Positions 38,076 through 47,448 of a DNA stretch of 64,000 bases are shown here, piece after piece. Position 1 is the stretch's first letter; each line of letters starts with the position of its first letter. The DNA is taken from the NCBI GenBank assembly GCA_964502225.1, contig CAZCUC010000002.1:9092-73091 (forward strand), in the 5' to 3' direction. The notes below the pieces were generated by a model. That model was not told the origin of the DNA and did not search any database. It worked only from the letters and a program-made list of their open reading frames with translations. The position numbers were made by a program, and so were the translations under genes. The stretch comes from an uncultured Pseudomonadales bacterium. Its GTDB lineage: Bacteria; Patescibacteriota; Microgenomatia; UBA1400; UBA12108.

Positions 38076-38921
38076 GAGCATGACTCCAGCGAAGGCTGAG
38101 ATTGTGGCAAGAATTTTCCTAAAAGGTTTGTCTTTTTCGCCAAGAAAAATTGTAGCCAGAATCACAGTCACAATTACTGATGAATTACTGATACCGTAGA
38201 TTTTTCCCGCATCACCGCCACTGACATAGGCCCTGAAAACAGTGATTGCCCCAAGTAAATATAGGACAGAGAAGGATATAATTTTTGATAAATATTCTTT
38301 AGTGACTAACTGTCTTACTTTTTCTAATGCGCGTGGCCTTAAAGCCAAGACTAGCAATCCTGGCAATAAAAATCCGACTAGTAAATCTTGTAACACACCA
38401 ATTTGGCTAGCGACATATGACTCGCTAGCGAATACTGCTCCGAACGAGGTAGCAGATATTAAGGTGTACAGATGGCCTTTGTGCCATGCTAGTTTCTCTT
38501 TTTGAGAAAATTCTGTGACTGTAAAAATACTTAAGATAATAAGAAGTGTTCCGATGATTTTTGTGATTGTTAATGGTTCACCCAAGAAGATCGTTACGAC
38601 AAATAAATTTACGAACGCCGAGAAAGTCCCAATGATTGTATACTCTCCAGCCTCTGTGTATTTAGTTGCTTGAAACATAGCCAAGCTAGCGATCGCAACC
38701 AAGACGCCATTTAATATTAGAAACGGCCAGACCTTCATAACGTCCGGCCAGGGCGAGCCAGATAAGAAGATATATAGGGAGATAATCGCGCTAACAACAA
38801 ATTGAAAAATGATCATCGATGCAATAGGGTCGCTATCTACGTCTTTCATTAGTTTCCGCTGAACTATGGTGGAGATCGAGTAAAAGAAAACTGAAATTAA
38901 TGCGAGAAAAAACCATGACAT
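38067..38921 (-). CDS. EamA/DMT-family transporter
   Basis: About ten TMs in two repeats, each ending FLGE. Confidence 0.88.
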   Translation of the reverse strand: MSWFFLALISVFFYSISTIVQRKLMKDVDSDPIASMIIFQFVVSAIISLYIFLSGSPWPDVMKVWPFLILNGVLVAIASLAMFQATKYTEAGEYTIIGTFSAFVNLFVVTIFLGEPLTITKIIGTLLIILSIFTVTEFSQKEKLAWHKGHLYTLISATSFGAVFASESYVASQIGVLQDLLVGFLLPGLLVLALRPRALEKVRQLVTKEYLSKIISFSVLYLLGAITVFRAYVSGGDAGKIYGISNSSVIVTVILATIFLGEKDKPFRKILATISAFAGVMLLR

Positions 38922-38955
38922 ACGGGAATTATACCCTTAAATGTTATAATTCTCC

Positions 38956-39230
38956 TGCCTTGGGTAGGTGGATGATCGGGCGAGTCGCAAGATGAGTCAG
39001 GAAAGTCCAGACAGCAGTGTGCGGGGTGGCTAGCGCAAGCTAGCACGGGTAACCGCTAGTTTAGAGCAACAGTGACGAATCCCTTTAGTGGGAGTGAAAC
39101 GGGCAATCCTCCCTGCTGCAACCGACGAATGGATCGACAAAGACGGACGCACACCCGAGATCCGAAGTTTGCGGGCATTAGAGAAATGATTATCTTAAAA
39201 ACAGAATCTGGCTTATGCCTACCCAAGGCA
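38956..39230 (+). ncRNA. rnpB: RNase P RNA (minimal, about 275 nt)
   Basis: P1 TGCCTTGGGTAGG/CCTACCCAAGGCA; CR-I AGGAAAGTCC, GTGAAAC, TAGAGAAATGA, CR-V ACAGAATCTGGCTTA; extended -10 TGTTATAAT upstream. Confidence 0.93.
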
Positions 39231-39239
39231 AACAAAAAT

Positions 39240-39833
39240 CTAGATAATTTCCTGGTATTTAGGGATCCCCTTTTGGCTATAATCTAGCATGACTAGGCCA
39301 CCCATGGGGATGTAGCGAATCTTGGAATTTTCAAATTCGTCAATCGTATGGGGAATCTTCTTCGTGAGGGTAGCGATTAAAAATATGGTTATTGGGTCAC
39401 CGTGTGAAACAAGTACGTGAGATGAGTGTTTACTCATTCCTTTAAGTTTTTCTACAAAAGTAGTGATGCGTGTAAAAATCGCTTCGGGGGATTCGCCGCC
39501 ATTTTTAAGATGTGCGGGAACGTCGTAAGGGTAATTGGGAGATAATTTGGCGAGTTGCGACTTAGATAATCCCTGTAGAGGAGTGCCCGTCTCGATTAGT
39601 TCTCCGTATTGGTTGGGGTGTAAACCTATTACGTGCCCGATTATGGTGGCTGTTTCAACACAGCGTTCAATCGGACTTGTGGAGAGTGAGCGAATTTTTT
39701 CTCCCAGTAGCTTATCTGCCTGAATGTTGGCTTGTTTTATCCCTAGCTCTGACAACGGAAATCCCGGCAGTTGATATGGAACCACGCTTTTTGGATTTTG
39801 GTACTCGCCGTGGCGTGCAAAATAAATTTTCAT
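39240..39833 (-). CDS. Histidine phosphatase family protein
   Basis: RHG, SP..RC.ETA and SHGD. Confidence 0.9.
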   Translation of the reverse strand: MKIYFARHGEYQNPKSVVPYQLPGFPLSELGIKQANIQADKLLGEKIRSLSTSPIERCVETATIIGHVIGLHPNQYGELIETGTPLQGLSKSQLAKLSPNYPYDVPAHLKNGGESPEAIFTRITTFVEKLKGMSKHSSHVLVSHGDPITIFLIATLTKKIPHTIDEFENSKIRYIPMGGLVMLDYSQKGIPKYQEII

Positions 39834-40705
39834 TATTTAACCCGATGTGCGAGTTTGTCCCAGACAATCAGGAGTGGAGCGGCAGTGAAAGTCGAGGAGT
39901 AGGTGCCAGAAATTGTGCCGATAAGCAGGGCAAAAATAAACCATTTAGTGGTCTCACCACCAAGTAAATACATCGCTAGGAGCATGAATACGATGGTCAG
40001 TGAGTTGTTGATACTCCTCCCCATGGTCTCGACCACTGCGCGGTTAATAATGTCGTCATTTTCGAGGTAGCCATGCTTTTTCTTGAGTTCGCGAATGCGA
40101 TCGTAAACTACGATGGTATCGTGAACAGAAAAACTAAGGATGGTAAGCAGAGCTGTGACGAATAAAGTATCCACTTCTACTCCCCAATACCTCCCAATCA
40201 AACTAAAGATACCAAGCAAAACTAATGAGTCGTGAAGCATAGCTAGGATAGCCGAGACACCAAACTTGATATTTTTGAACCTGTAGGCAACATACAGCAA
40301 AATCATTGACGCCGCGAGGATGATGGCTGTGAGAGTTTTTGAGATCAACTCGCTACCCAGAGCTGGACCGACAGTGTCGTAGGATAGCTCGACGATATTG
40401 CCGAACTTGGTTTTGTAGTTCTGATAGGTGTCCTTTGCGATTGGAGCAGTGCTGATCGTCCAGACATTATTATTTTGTGATAAAGTGCGAATCTCAATCG
40501 AGGATTCGAGGGCATACTGACGAAGATAGTCTTCCTCTATTTCTCCCTGCCAGACAATGGTAGTGCCACCGGTAAAATCAATCGAAGGTTTGAGTCCGTA
40601 CTTGAGGAGTGAGTAAGATCCAGGGATGATGACAGTCAGCGAGATCAAGAAATAGAGCCACCAATATTTCATTGGCTGAAGGATATGTAGATGTTCACCA
40701 ATCAT
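39833..40705 (-). CDS. secF: Protein translocase subunit SecF
   Basis: IDFTGGT, VGP.LG.EL, LHD and FSVHDTIVVYDRIRE. Confidence 0.94.
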   Translation of the reverse strand: MIGEHLHILQPMKYWWLYFLISLTVIIPGSYSLLKYGLKPSIDFTGGTTIVWQGEIEEDYLRQYALESSIEIRTLSQNNNVWTISTAPIAKDTYQNYKTKFGNIVELSYDTVGPALGSELISKTLTAIILAASMILLYVAYRFKNIKFGVSAILAMLHDSLVLLGIFSLIGRYWGVEVDTLFVTALLTILSFSVHDTIVVYDRIRELKKKHGYLENDDIINRAVVETMGRSINNSLTIVFMLLAMYLLGGETTKWFIFALLIGTISGTYSSTFTAAPLLIVWDKLAHRVK

Positions 40706-40724
40706 AAATTCTCCAATTCTCAAA

Positions 40725-42032
40725 TTATTTTTTAGTAAGTGCCCGTAGTAAGTTGCGTGTGACAAAGATGCCCGTAAAGAGTGAGATACAGATCCCGAGG
40801 AACAAAGTGAGCGCAAAGCCACGTACCATCCCCGAGCTATTGAGGAATGTCCAGTCGAGGGGGTTGAAAAGAATAAAAGTAGTGATCAAGGTGGCAATAT
40901 TGGCATCCTTGATTGCGTCCCAGGCTTTACCAAAACCAAGCTCCATACTACGCCTCCATTCATTACCTTTCCGGAGCTCTTCTTTCATACGTTCAAATAT
41001 CAAGATATTACTATCGACTGCCATCCCAATCGAGAGAATGAACCCAGCAAGGCCAGGTAGAGTAACCGTGATTGGAACCAGTTTGTACACTGCTAGCGTC
41101 AAGAGAGCATAGATCACTAGCCCAATATCTGCGACCAGTCCGAGCCAGCCGTAATTGAGGATCATAAAGAGCGCAACCAAACCCAATCCTACTAGACCTG
41201 CTGAGATGCTTTTACTGACACTCTCTGCACCCAGTGTAGGGGCGATATTCTGCTGTTTAATAATCTCGATCGGGACAGGGAGCGCGCCGGCATTTAAAGC
41301 AATGACTTTGTTTTTGGCATCTTCTACCGTAAACTCGCCATTAATCACAGCATTGCCATCGAGAATGGCTTGCTGGACAATGGGAGCTGTGAGTTCTTGC
41401 CCGTCAAGCAAGATCCAGACTGGTTTGCCAATATTGCGAGAGGTAATCTCCCCAAACTTTTTACCCCCCTCTGGTGTGAATTGGAGGGAAATTTCTGGTT
41501 TGCCGTTTTCGGGGTTGAAAGTGACGGCGGATTTTTTGAGGTCTTTGCCGGTCAAGCCAGTCGGTTTGAGATCGGCGTAGGTAGGACTGTCTGTAGCTAC
41601 TGGCAAGTCGTAGAAATCTAGGGAGGCAGTTTGTCCGATAAGATCGAGTGCTTCGTCTGGATTGCTGACACCAGGGAGCGCTACTAAAATGCGATAAGTG
41701 TCGTTGGTGACCAAGGTTTTGATTGATGGTTCGGCGACACCGTAGAGATCGACGCGGCGAGCGATGACTTCTTTGGCTGAATCGAGCGCGTCTTGGCGAT
41801 CTAGTGGGTCGACACCACTCATATCAGCGGCCAAAGTGACTTCTGTCCCACCCTGGAGATCTAGTCCCTGTTTGATGTCTAGCGAGCGGACGAAGCTACC
41901 GATTTTGATGGTAGGACTGGAGAGGACAAAACTGCGCTCACCCAGGTTAAGCGTATAGTTTTTGGGGGCATCGATAATGAGAGCCATGGCCGAGAGGAGA
42001 ATAATAAAGAAGATATTGCGTCGCAGTTTCAT
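40725..42032 (-). CDS. secD: Protein translocase subunit SecD
   Basis: GLDLQGG, LNAGALP and GMAVDSNILIFER. Confidence 0.95.
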   Translation of the reverse strand: MKLRRNIFFIILLSAMALIIDAPKNYTLNLGERSFVLSSPTIKIGSFVRSLDIKQGLDLQGGTEVTLAADMSGVDPLDRQDALDSAKEVIARRVDLYGVAEPSIKTLVTNDTYRILVALPGVSNPDEALDLIGQTASLDFYDLPVATDSPTYADLKPTGLTGKDLKKSAVTFNPENGKPEISLQFTPEGGKKFGEITSRNIGKPVWILLDGQELTAPIVQQAILDGNAVINGEFTVEDAKNKVIALNAGALPVPIEIIKQQNIAPTLGAESVSKSISAGLVGLGLVALFMILNYGWLGLVADIGLVIYALLTLAVYKLVPITVTLPGLAGFILSIGMAVDSNILIFERMKEELRKGNEWRRSMELGFGKAWDAIKDANIATLITTFILFNPLDWTFLNSSGMVRGFALTLFLGICISLFTGIFVTRNLLRALTKK

Positions 42033-42076
42033 ATGATTAGTTTAAAGGTTAAAGGTGTAAGTGTATAGTCACCCCG

Positions 42077-42253
42077 TTATTTCACATCTAGCTTTAGTTG
42101 TCTGGTTTGAGTGAATGAAGCTGAGAGGATTTGGGTAGTCTGATCGTAGGAGAGCTCGACCTCATCTCCCTCGTCCAGCGCGAGTGCTTTAATAACGATG
42201 CTTGGAATAATGATACCTTTGGAGTTGCCTATTTTGGTGATCTTGGTGGACAT
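42077..42253 (-). CDS. AbrB/MazE/SpoVT-type DNA-binding protein (58 aa, below the ORF-track cutoff)
   Basis: Hand translation MSTKITKIGNSKGIIIPSIVIKALALDEGDEVEL...; start overlaps the upstream stop. Confidence 0.8.
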   Translation of the reverse strand: MSTKITKIGNSKGIIIPSIVIKALALDEGDEVELSYDQTTQILSASFTQTRQLKLDVK

Positions 42254-42834
42254 CATGCCACAAGCTCCTCTTCGTCGCCTACTACCATCACTCTAGAGGC
42301 TTCGAGAATACGGCCAATAAAGGGGTCGTTGTGAGTCTTGCGATAGGAGAGCTCGGCTTCGGTCATGACCGTGTAGTTGATTTCCCGGGACAATTTGGCT
42401 TCTTGCTCCTTGATGAGCTCGGTAAGCTGGGGCATGATCAAATCGCCAACTAGGAGGAGATCGACTGTATCTTTGGCTCTAGGCATGTGGCGGACAAAAC
42501 GACCAGAAACCATGGCAAATTTGAGTTTGCCGAGCTTGGGAGCAGATTTGGTAATAGCCAAGCCTAGACCGGTAGTTTTACCGATCATACTCATAAGCTC
42601 TTTGTGAAAAAGGTAGTTTTTATTAAAAGTGTAGTAGATGCGATTGCCACGCTTTTCGTCTTTGACCATACCCACACTCTGCATATGGATCAATTCGCGT
42701 CTGACAGCATTGATTTCCTCGTCCAGTTTGCGGGTGAGCTCGCGGATGTAAAACATTTGCTCAGGATGAATCAGGAAAACTTCGAGAAGTTTGACGCGTA
42801 CTTTAGAAACAACAAAGTCAGATAGACTAGCCAT
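42253..42834 (-). CDS. Winged-helix regulator with a degenerate nucleotidyltransferase-like C-terminal domain
   Basis: SKVRVKLL..F, YIREL.R...E.INAVRREL; SG.F....VDLLLVG. Confidence 0.72.
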   Translation of the reverse strand: MASLSDFVVSKVRVKLLEVFLIHPEQMFYIRELTRKLDEEINAVRRELIHMQSVGMVKDEKRGNRIYYTFNKNYLFHKELMSMIGKTTGLGLAITKSAPKLGKLKFAMVSGRFVRHMPRAKDTVDLLLVGDLIMPQLTELIKEQEAKLSREINYTVMTEAELSYRKTHNDPFIGRILEASRVMVVGDEEELVA

Positions 42835-42885
42835 GCTTCAATTGTATAACAAAAATACTCGAACACAATAGGTGTACGACCTACC

Positions 42886-44085
42886 CTAGTACTCGACCTC
42901 GTTGTCGAGAGGGAGAATTTCGAAGACAATCTTGCCTCGATTGAAAGCGAGCGCTTTGCCTTTGGCATCTTTCCAGATAGTCTTGGCTTCACGATCTTTC
43001 TTGGACCAAGTAGCCTCGGTGGCTAGACCATCTTGGAAAACAATTCCCTTGCCAGTCCCGATCAATTCGTAAAGCATGTGCTTGTGTTCATCTAGGGGCC
43101 CTAGCTCTTTGGTGAACTGAACCACGACCACTTTGGCGGATAGCTGAGAGTCGTCGTTTAAGTCTTTGTGAGCGAGACCACCGTTTTCACGAGTGTAAGC
43201 ATTTTTAGCAGAGTCATAATTCCAGACTACATCGTAGTCATGGTAGCTCTCCCAGAATCCAAATGCGATTTTGGCAATTGAGCCTTTGTCTTTGGCGTCG
43301 TCTTTGAATGTGAATGGAGTGTATTTGTCAGACCACTCGGTCTTGCCATCGGGAGTTTTGTTGGTCCATCCCCTGGTACCAGCGGCATACTTCCAGAGCT
43401 TTTCGGTGCTTGTGTACATGGTGTGTTCGGTGGCAACAGTCCGGCCTAGACGCTCGTAGTCACGCCAGAAAGTGGGGAAACCGATTGAGAACTGGTTGAG
43501 ATCGTTACCCTTGGCTCCACCCCAGCCATACTGATTGATTTGCTCGAGAGCCTGGACACGCTTGTCGGTGTTGCAAGTTTTGGGATCGCTAGAGCCACAG
43601 TTGGCACCCCCGACGTGAGTATAGAGTGGATAGTTGTACTCTGAAGCGGCGTTGATAAAGTGTGTCCTGGCACTACGAACCGGTCCCAAGATTGTGTCTT
43701 TGGCGGCGACACCACAGTAGAAGACAGCACCAAAGCGAGATACCCCACCCTCGGCAACGGCTTCGTAGATGATGTCGGCTGAGCCGAGACCAGATTGTGG
43801 GCGGGCATCAGGCGTGTTTTCGATCATGACAAAAAGCGGGCGGCGAGATTCCCAGACTTTTTTCTCTGCGGTTGTGTACATGACACCATTGATTGGGCAC
43901 TCTGAAGTACGTGGGGCAGATGGATCAATATTCAAGCCACCACCAACGGGAGGAGTGGCAACTGGAGTGAGAGCACCACCTGATTCGGGTGAGTAGAGGT
44001 AATTGGTCAAAGCATAACTTGCGCCCCCAGAGAGGGAGAAAGCGAGGACGAAAACCAAGATACCTTTAACGAGTGGATTTTGCAT
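42886..44085 (-). CDS. DUF3048-family protein
   Basis: VMIEN.PDARPQSGL..ADI.YE..AEGG.SRF and GPVRSAR. Confidence 0.88.
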   Translation of the reverse strand: MQNPLVKGILVFVLAFSLSGGASYALTNYLYSPESGGALTPVATPPVGGGLNIDPSAPRTSECPINGVMYTTAEKKVWESRRPLFVMIENTPDARPQSGLGSADIIYEAVAEGGVSRFGAVFYCGVAAKDTILGPVRSARTHFINAASEYNYPLYTHVGGANCGSSDPKTCNTDKRVQALEQINQYGWGGAKGNDLNQFSIGFPTFWRDYERLGRTVATEHTMYTSTEKLWKYAAGTRGWTNKTPDGKTEWSDKYTPFTFKDDAKDKGSIAKIAFGFWESYHDYDVVWNYDSAKNAYTRENGGLAHKDLNDDSQLSAKVVVVQFTKELGPLDEHKHMLYELIGTGKGIVFQDGLATEATWSKKDREAKTIWKDAKGKALAFNRGKIVFEILPLDNEVEY

Positions 44086-44087
44086 AT

Positions 44088-44558
44088 TTATTTGCCCTTT
44101 CGATTAATTGTTTTTTGTTCTTCTTCAGAGAGAGGATGATCTATGCCAACCCCACCTTTGACTGATTTTACATAGAATCGCGTATTTTCTCTACTATGTA
44201 GAGATGTTATCACTACCCCGTCTTTATTGCCATCGAGGATTGCTAAGATAAAGCTTTGATCGCCACCGGTGTCACCAAAGGGATTAAATCGCTTCATGGT
44301 CAAATTTTGCAGGTGGAGTATGCTGTGCTCCTTTTGTTTTTGGAGCTCTGATCTACTTACCTCTAGCTGTCGCTCGTGCTGAGATAGAGAATGCTGGATA
44401 CCTTGGAGAGCATTCATCAGAGTTTTGGGATCAACTCCCTTGGTGAGTGAGTTGTAGTGTAGGCGCAACTTGCGGATAGAGAGGAAAAGAACGAGATTGA
44501 GAAGCAAGGACAAGATCCCGATACTGCCCACAATGATAGTGTCTAGCGTAAATTGCAT
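44088..44558 (-). CDS. DUF4446-family protein
   Basis: TM, coiled coil, RFNPF.DTGGDQSF and LS.EE. Confidence 0.85.
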   Translation of the reverse strand: MQFTLDTIIVGSIGILSLLLNLVLFLSIRKLRLHYNSLTKGVDPKTLMNALQGIQHSLSQHERQLEVSRSELQKQKEHSILHLQNLTMKRFNPFGDTGGDQSFILAILDGNKDGVVITSLHSRENTRFYVKSVKGGVGIDHPLSEEEQKTINRKGK

Positions 44559-44584
44559 AAAATTATGATAGCATAGTTATATAT

Positions 44585-45163
44585 ATGGCATATCTCGAAT
44601 TTGAGAGCGCACCCGCTTCGGTTAAAACTGGGGCGATCATCAAGATAATCTCCCTCTTTGGATTTGCGATCGTATTTGGTATTTTCTTTTTGGTGAGAGG
44701 ACTTTTCTTTAAATCGAGAGTCAATCAAGTTTCTGTGACTGACTCCTTTGGCAAACTAGAATACACCGTGCCCTACAAAAATACCCTTTATGAAAGTTTT
44801 GGATTTGTACAAGAGCCAAAGGTAACGATGCCACTCAAGACTACCAATGGTTATGTAAATACGACTTTCTTGCTGGATTCTGGTGCAGTGGTTACTACCC
44901 TACCACTCCAAGCCGCGCAAGATACGGGAGCGGACTTGGCGCAAGCCAAACGGATTACCCTCCAAGGATTCTCTGGGGTACCCGCTTTTGCTTACCTGTC
45001 TAAAGTCACAATTAAAATCGGCAATACCGACTATGAGCTACCGGCTACTTTTACCGAATCTAACTCGACCACCTATATCCTCGGACGCAAGGGCTTGTTT
45101 GATGACTTTACTATCAACTTTGATCACGAAGAAAGAATGATTACAATCAGTAAAAGGAGTTAA
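44585..45163 (+). CDS. Membrane-anchored retropepsin-like aspartic protease
   Basis: FLLDSGA catalytic motif and ILGR; N-terminal TM. Confidence 0.8.
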   Translation: MAYLEFESAPASVKTGAIIKIISLFGFAIVFGIFFLVRGLFFKSRVNQVSVTDSFGKLEYTVPYKNTLYESFGFVQEPKVTMPLKTTNGYVNTTFLLDSGAVVTTLPLQAAQDTGADLAQAKRITLQGFSGVPAFAYLSKVTIKIGNTDYELPATFTESNSTTYILGRKGLFDDFTINFDHEERMITISKRS

Positions 45164-45168
45164 GTGGT

Positions 45169-45987
45169 ATGAACGAAAATATCTACGATCGCATTCAACA
45201 AGCACTGACATGGAAAAGGATTATCTCGTTTAACTTGGTTTTGTTTTTGGTTTTAATTGTCCCGATCTCTATCCAATTGGCACAGCAAGATACCGAAAAT
45301 AGGTCTGGAGCGGCAGGCGAAGTAGAGCCAGCGCCGATTATCCCCCCAGCCAATTACCCAGTAAACCCCCCATCGATCGACAGAGTGAGTACTTTTTTTG
45401 GCAAAACAGGTGACACGATCGTGATCCTAGGAGCCAATTTTGGTGATTACCAATGGGAGAGCAAGGTGTTTGTGGGCAATACCGAGGCGCCAAAGGATGC
45501 GGTCGTCAGGTGGAGCAATAACGTAGTTGAAGTCAAAATACCAGATAGTGCAAGAACTGGGCAAGTTTGGATTAACTCCAATAATCGGGAGGCCAAATGG
45601 GAGGGTTCGCTACTCCTTTATGATGTGGCGAGAGCGGCTCAGATAGGGATGCAAAAGATATCCTCAACTAATGGCAAGGTTTATACCGTAAATGCAAGTG
45701 GGGTAGTCAGAGGGATGGTCGAGTTTGCGTATGTGAGTGAGCCACTTGTGATCACACCCCTAAGCGGGATCACGGTCACTAGTCAGACACAAAATGCAGA
45801 TAGCTTGGGCAAAAAAATGAAAATTATGTTTGAAACTAGCCCACTTCAAAGTACTAAAACGGAACTGTTTGATTATAGCTACCCAGGCCTGGGAACGATC
45901 GAGATAATCCGGGCAGAGATATTTGATGCGAGTGGTAAGCTACTGCCAATCTTCTCTAATCCACTGGCGATTAAGGTAACACCTTAA
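45169..45987 (+). CDS. Surface protein with IPT/TIG-like domain
   Basis: TM; P.I......G..GD.I.I.G.NFG and WS...V.V.IP. Confidence 0.75.
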   Translation: MNENIYDRIQQALTWKRIISFNLVLFLVLIVPISIQLAQQDTENRSGAAGEVEPAPIIPPANYPVNPPSIDRVSTFFGKTGDTIVILGANFGDYQWESKVFVGNTEAPKDAVVRWSNNVVEVKIPDSARTGQVWINSNNREAKWEGSLLLYDVARAAQIGMQKISSTNGKVYTVNASGVVRGMVEFAYVSEPLVITPLSGITVTSQTQNADSLGKKMKIMFETSPLQSTKTELFDYSYPGLGTIEIIRAEIFDASGKLLPIFSNPLAIKVTP

Positions 45988-46744
45988 ATAAACCTAAGAT
46001 TCCGCCAAGCACCAGTCGGTACCAACCAAAAACCCTGAGTGTGTGGGTACCCAAGTAGGAAATGAACCACTTGACCACGATGTAACCGGAAATCAAGGCC
46101 ACAACTGTCCCGAGGATGATTAAACTCCAGCCGTTGCCAGTACTTAACAGTAGTTCTCGATTTTGGATTAGATCAACCATGGTGGCGGAAAATATTGTGG
46201 GTAGGGAGAGCAAAAAAGTATATTTGGCCGCCTCTGTGCGCTTGTATCCCAAAAGCATCATGATGACAATAATCGATCCAGAACGAGAAACTCCAGGTAT
46301 AACTGAGGTGGCTTGGGCTAGCCCAATCAAGAGTGCGTCTTTGGTAGTCACATCCTGACATTTTTTAACCAAGTTGGTGATACGCGATTCGAGGACTAGG
46401 AAGATTACACCCATGCCGACAAAAACACTCAACATGAGCCAATCAGATTCAAAAAATACATCTTTGATAATCTTGTGGAGCACAAATCCAACTACGGCGG
46501 TGGGAATAAAAGAATAAATAATATTGACAATGAGCTTGCGGTCGCGGATGAGAGTTTGAAAGTAAATAAAGAGGAGAGCAATGACCGCGCCACTCTGGAT
46601 GACGACTTCGAATAACTTGAGAAAATTGTTAGACTCGAGCGCAAGCAAGCGCGAAGTAAGTATGAGGTGAAAAGTGGAAGAGATAGGGAGAAACTCAGTC
46701 AACCCCTCTACTACGCCCAAGATTAGTACTTGAAGAATATTCAT
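45971..46744 (-). CDS. uppP: Undecaprenyl-diphosphatase
   Basis: VEGLTEFLPISST.H and PGVSRSG. Confidence 0.95.
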   Translation of the reverse strand: MNILQVLILGVVEGLTEFLPISSTFHLILTSRLLALESNNFLKLFEVVIQSGAVIALLFIYFQTLIRDRKLIVNIIYSFIPTAVVGFVLHKIIKDVFFESDWLMLSVFVGMGVIFLVLESRITNLVKKCQDVTTKDALLIGLAQATSVIPGVSRSGSIIVIMMLLGYKRTEAAKYTFLLSLPTIFSATMVDLIQNRELLLSTGNGWSLIILGTVVALISGYIVVKWFISYLGTHTLRVFGWYRLVLGGILGLFKVLP

Positions 46745-46753
46745 AAGAAAGCG

Positions 46754-47446
46754 TTATTTCTTTAGATCGCGCTTGAGCTCTTTGTACCAATCGGAGAGTG
46801 CTTGACCGATCACATCTTTGGCACCCAGTCCGATCGCCAAACCAAAACCTAGAGCCAGCATGGCGACAAAGCCGATGAAGAGAATGTTGATAAAAGCAGT
46901 CGCAATCTTGAGTTCGGAAAAAGCGGCGAGGGTGGCGATAGTGACGACGGTGTAACTAGCGATTTTGCCCATGAGCCTAGAGGTTTTGAGATCAACAGTA
47001 GCGAGAGCCCCTTTTACAACCCCTTCGATGAGACCAGCCAGGAGGACTCCGATAGCCATGACGATCACGGCTGAGATCACGTTGGGGACATAGCCCAGTA
47101 CCCCACCTAGAACGTTTGAGACAGTAGTAAGACCGAGGATGTTGGTTGCGGCAATAAAGAAGGTCAGAACGATTAGCCATTTTAGAATACTACCAATCAC
47201 TTCTTCGACTTTACTCTCGACTTCGGCTTTGACTAGAAATGCTTTGAACTTTGAATCTTTGATCAAGGTTTCGAAGCGAAGCATTTGCAAACTTTTGATG
47301 ATAATCATTTTGACCCAATTGCCTAGGAATATCCCAGCCCAAGCGACTACGACTGCCCCGAGGATGTGAGGGAATAAAGTCAGAATAGAAGTCGTGGTGC
47401 TATACCACACAGCTGCAAGCGCACTTTGCCAGGCCATGATATCCAT
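46754..47446 (-). CDS. CmpX-like conserved TM-helix (MscS-related) protein
   Basis: Repeated P.I.GA/PNVISA helices; LGFGLAIGLGAKD. Confidence 0.8.
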   Translation of the reverse strand: MDIMAWQSALAAVWYSTTTSILTLFPHILGAVVVAWAGIFLGNWVKMIIIKSLQMLRFETLIKDSKFKAFLVKAEVESKVEEVIGSILKWLIVLTFFIAATNILGLTTVSNVLGGVLGYVPNVISAVIVMAIGVLLAGLIEGVVKGALATVDLKTSRLMGKIASYTVVTIATLAAFSELKIATAFINILFIGFVAMLALGFGLAIGLGAKDVIGQALSDWYKELKRDLKK

Positions 47447-47448
47447 AG

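Noticed and set aside
39072-39287. 71-aa ORF
   Set aside because: It lies within the RNase P RNA gene.
40706-40822. SecF N-terminal extension
   Set aside because: It overlaps the secD 3' end and an 8-mer repeat; the SD-preceded start is at 40705.
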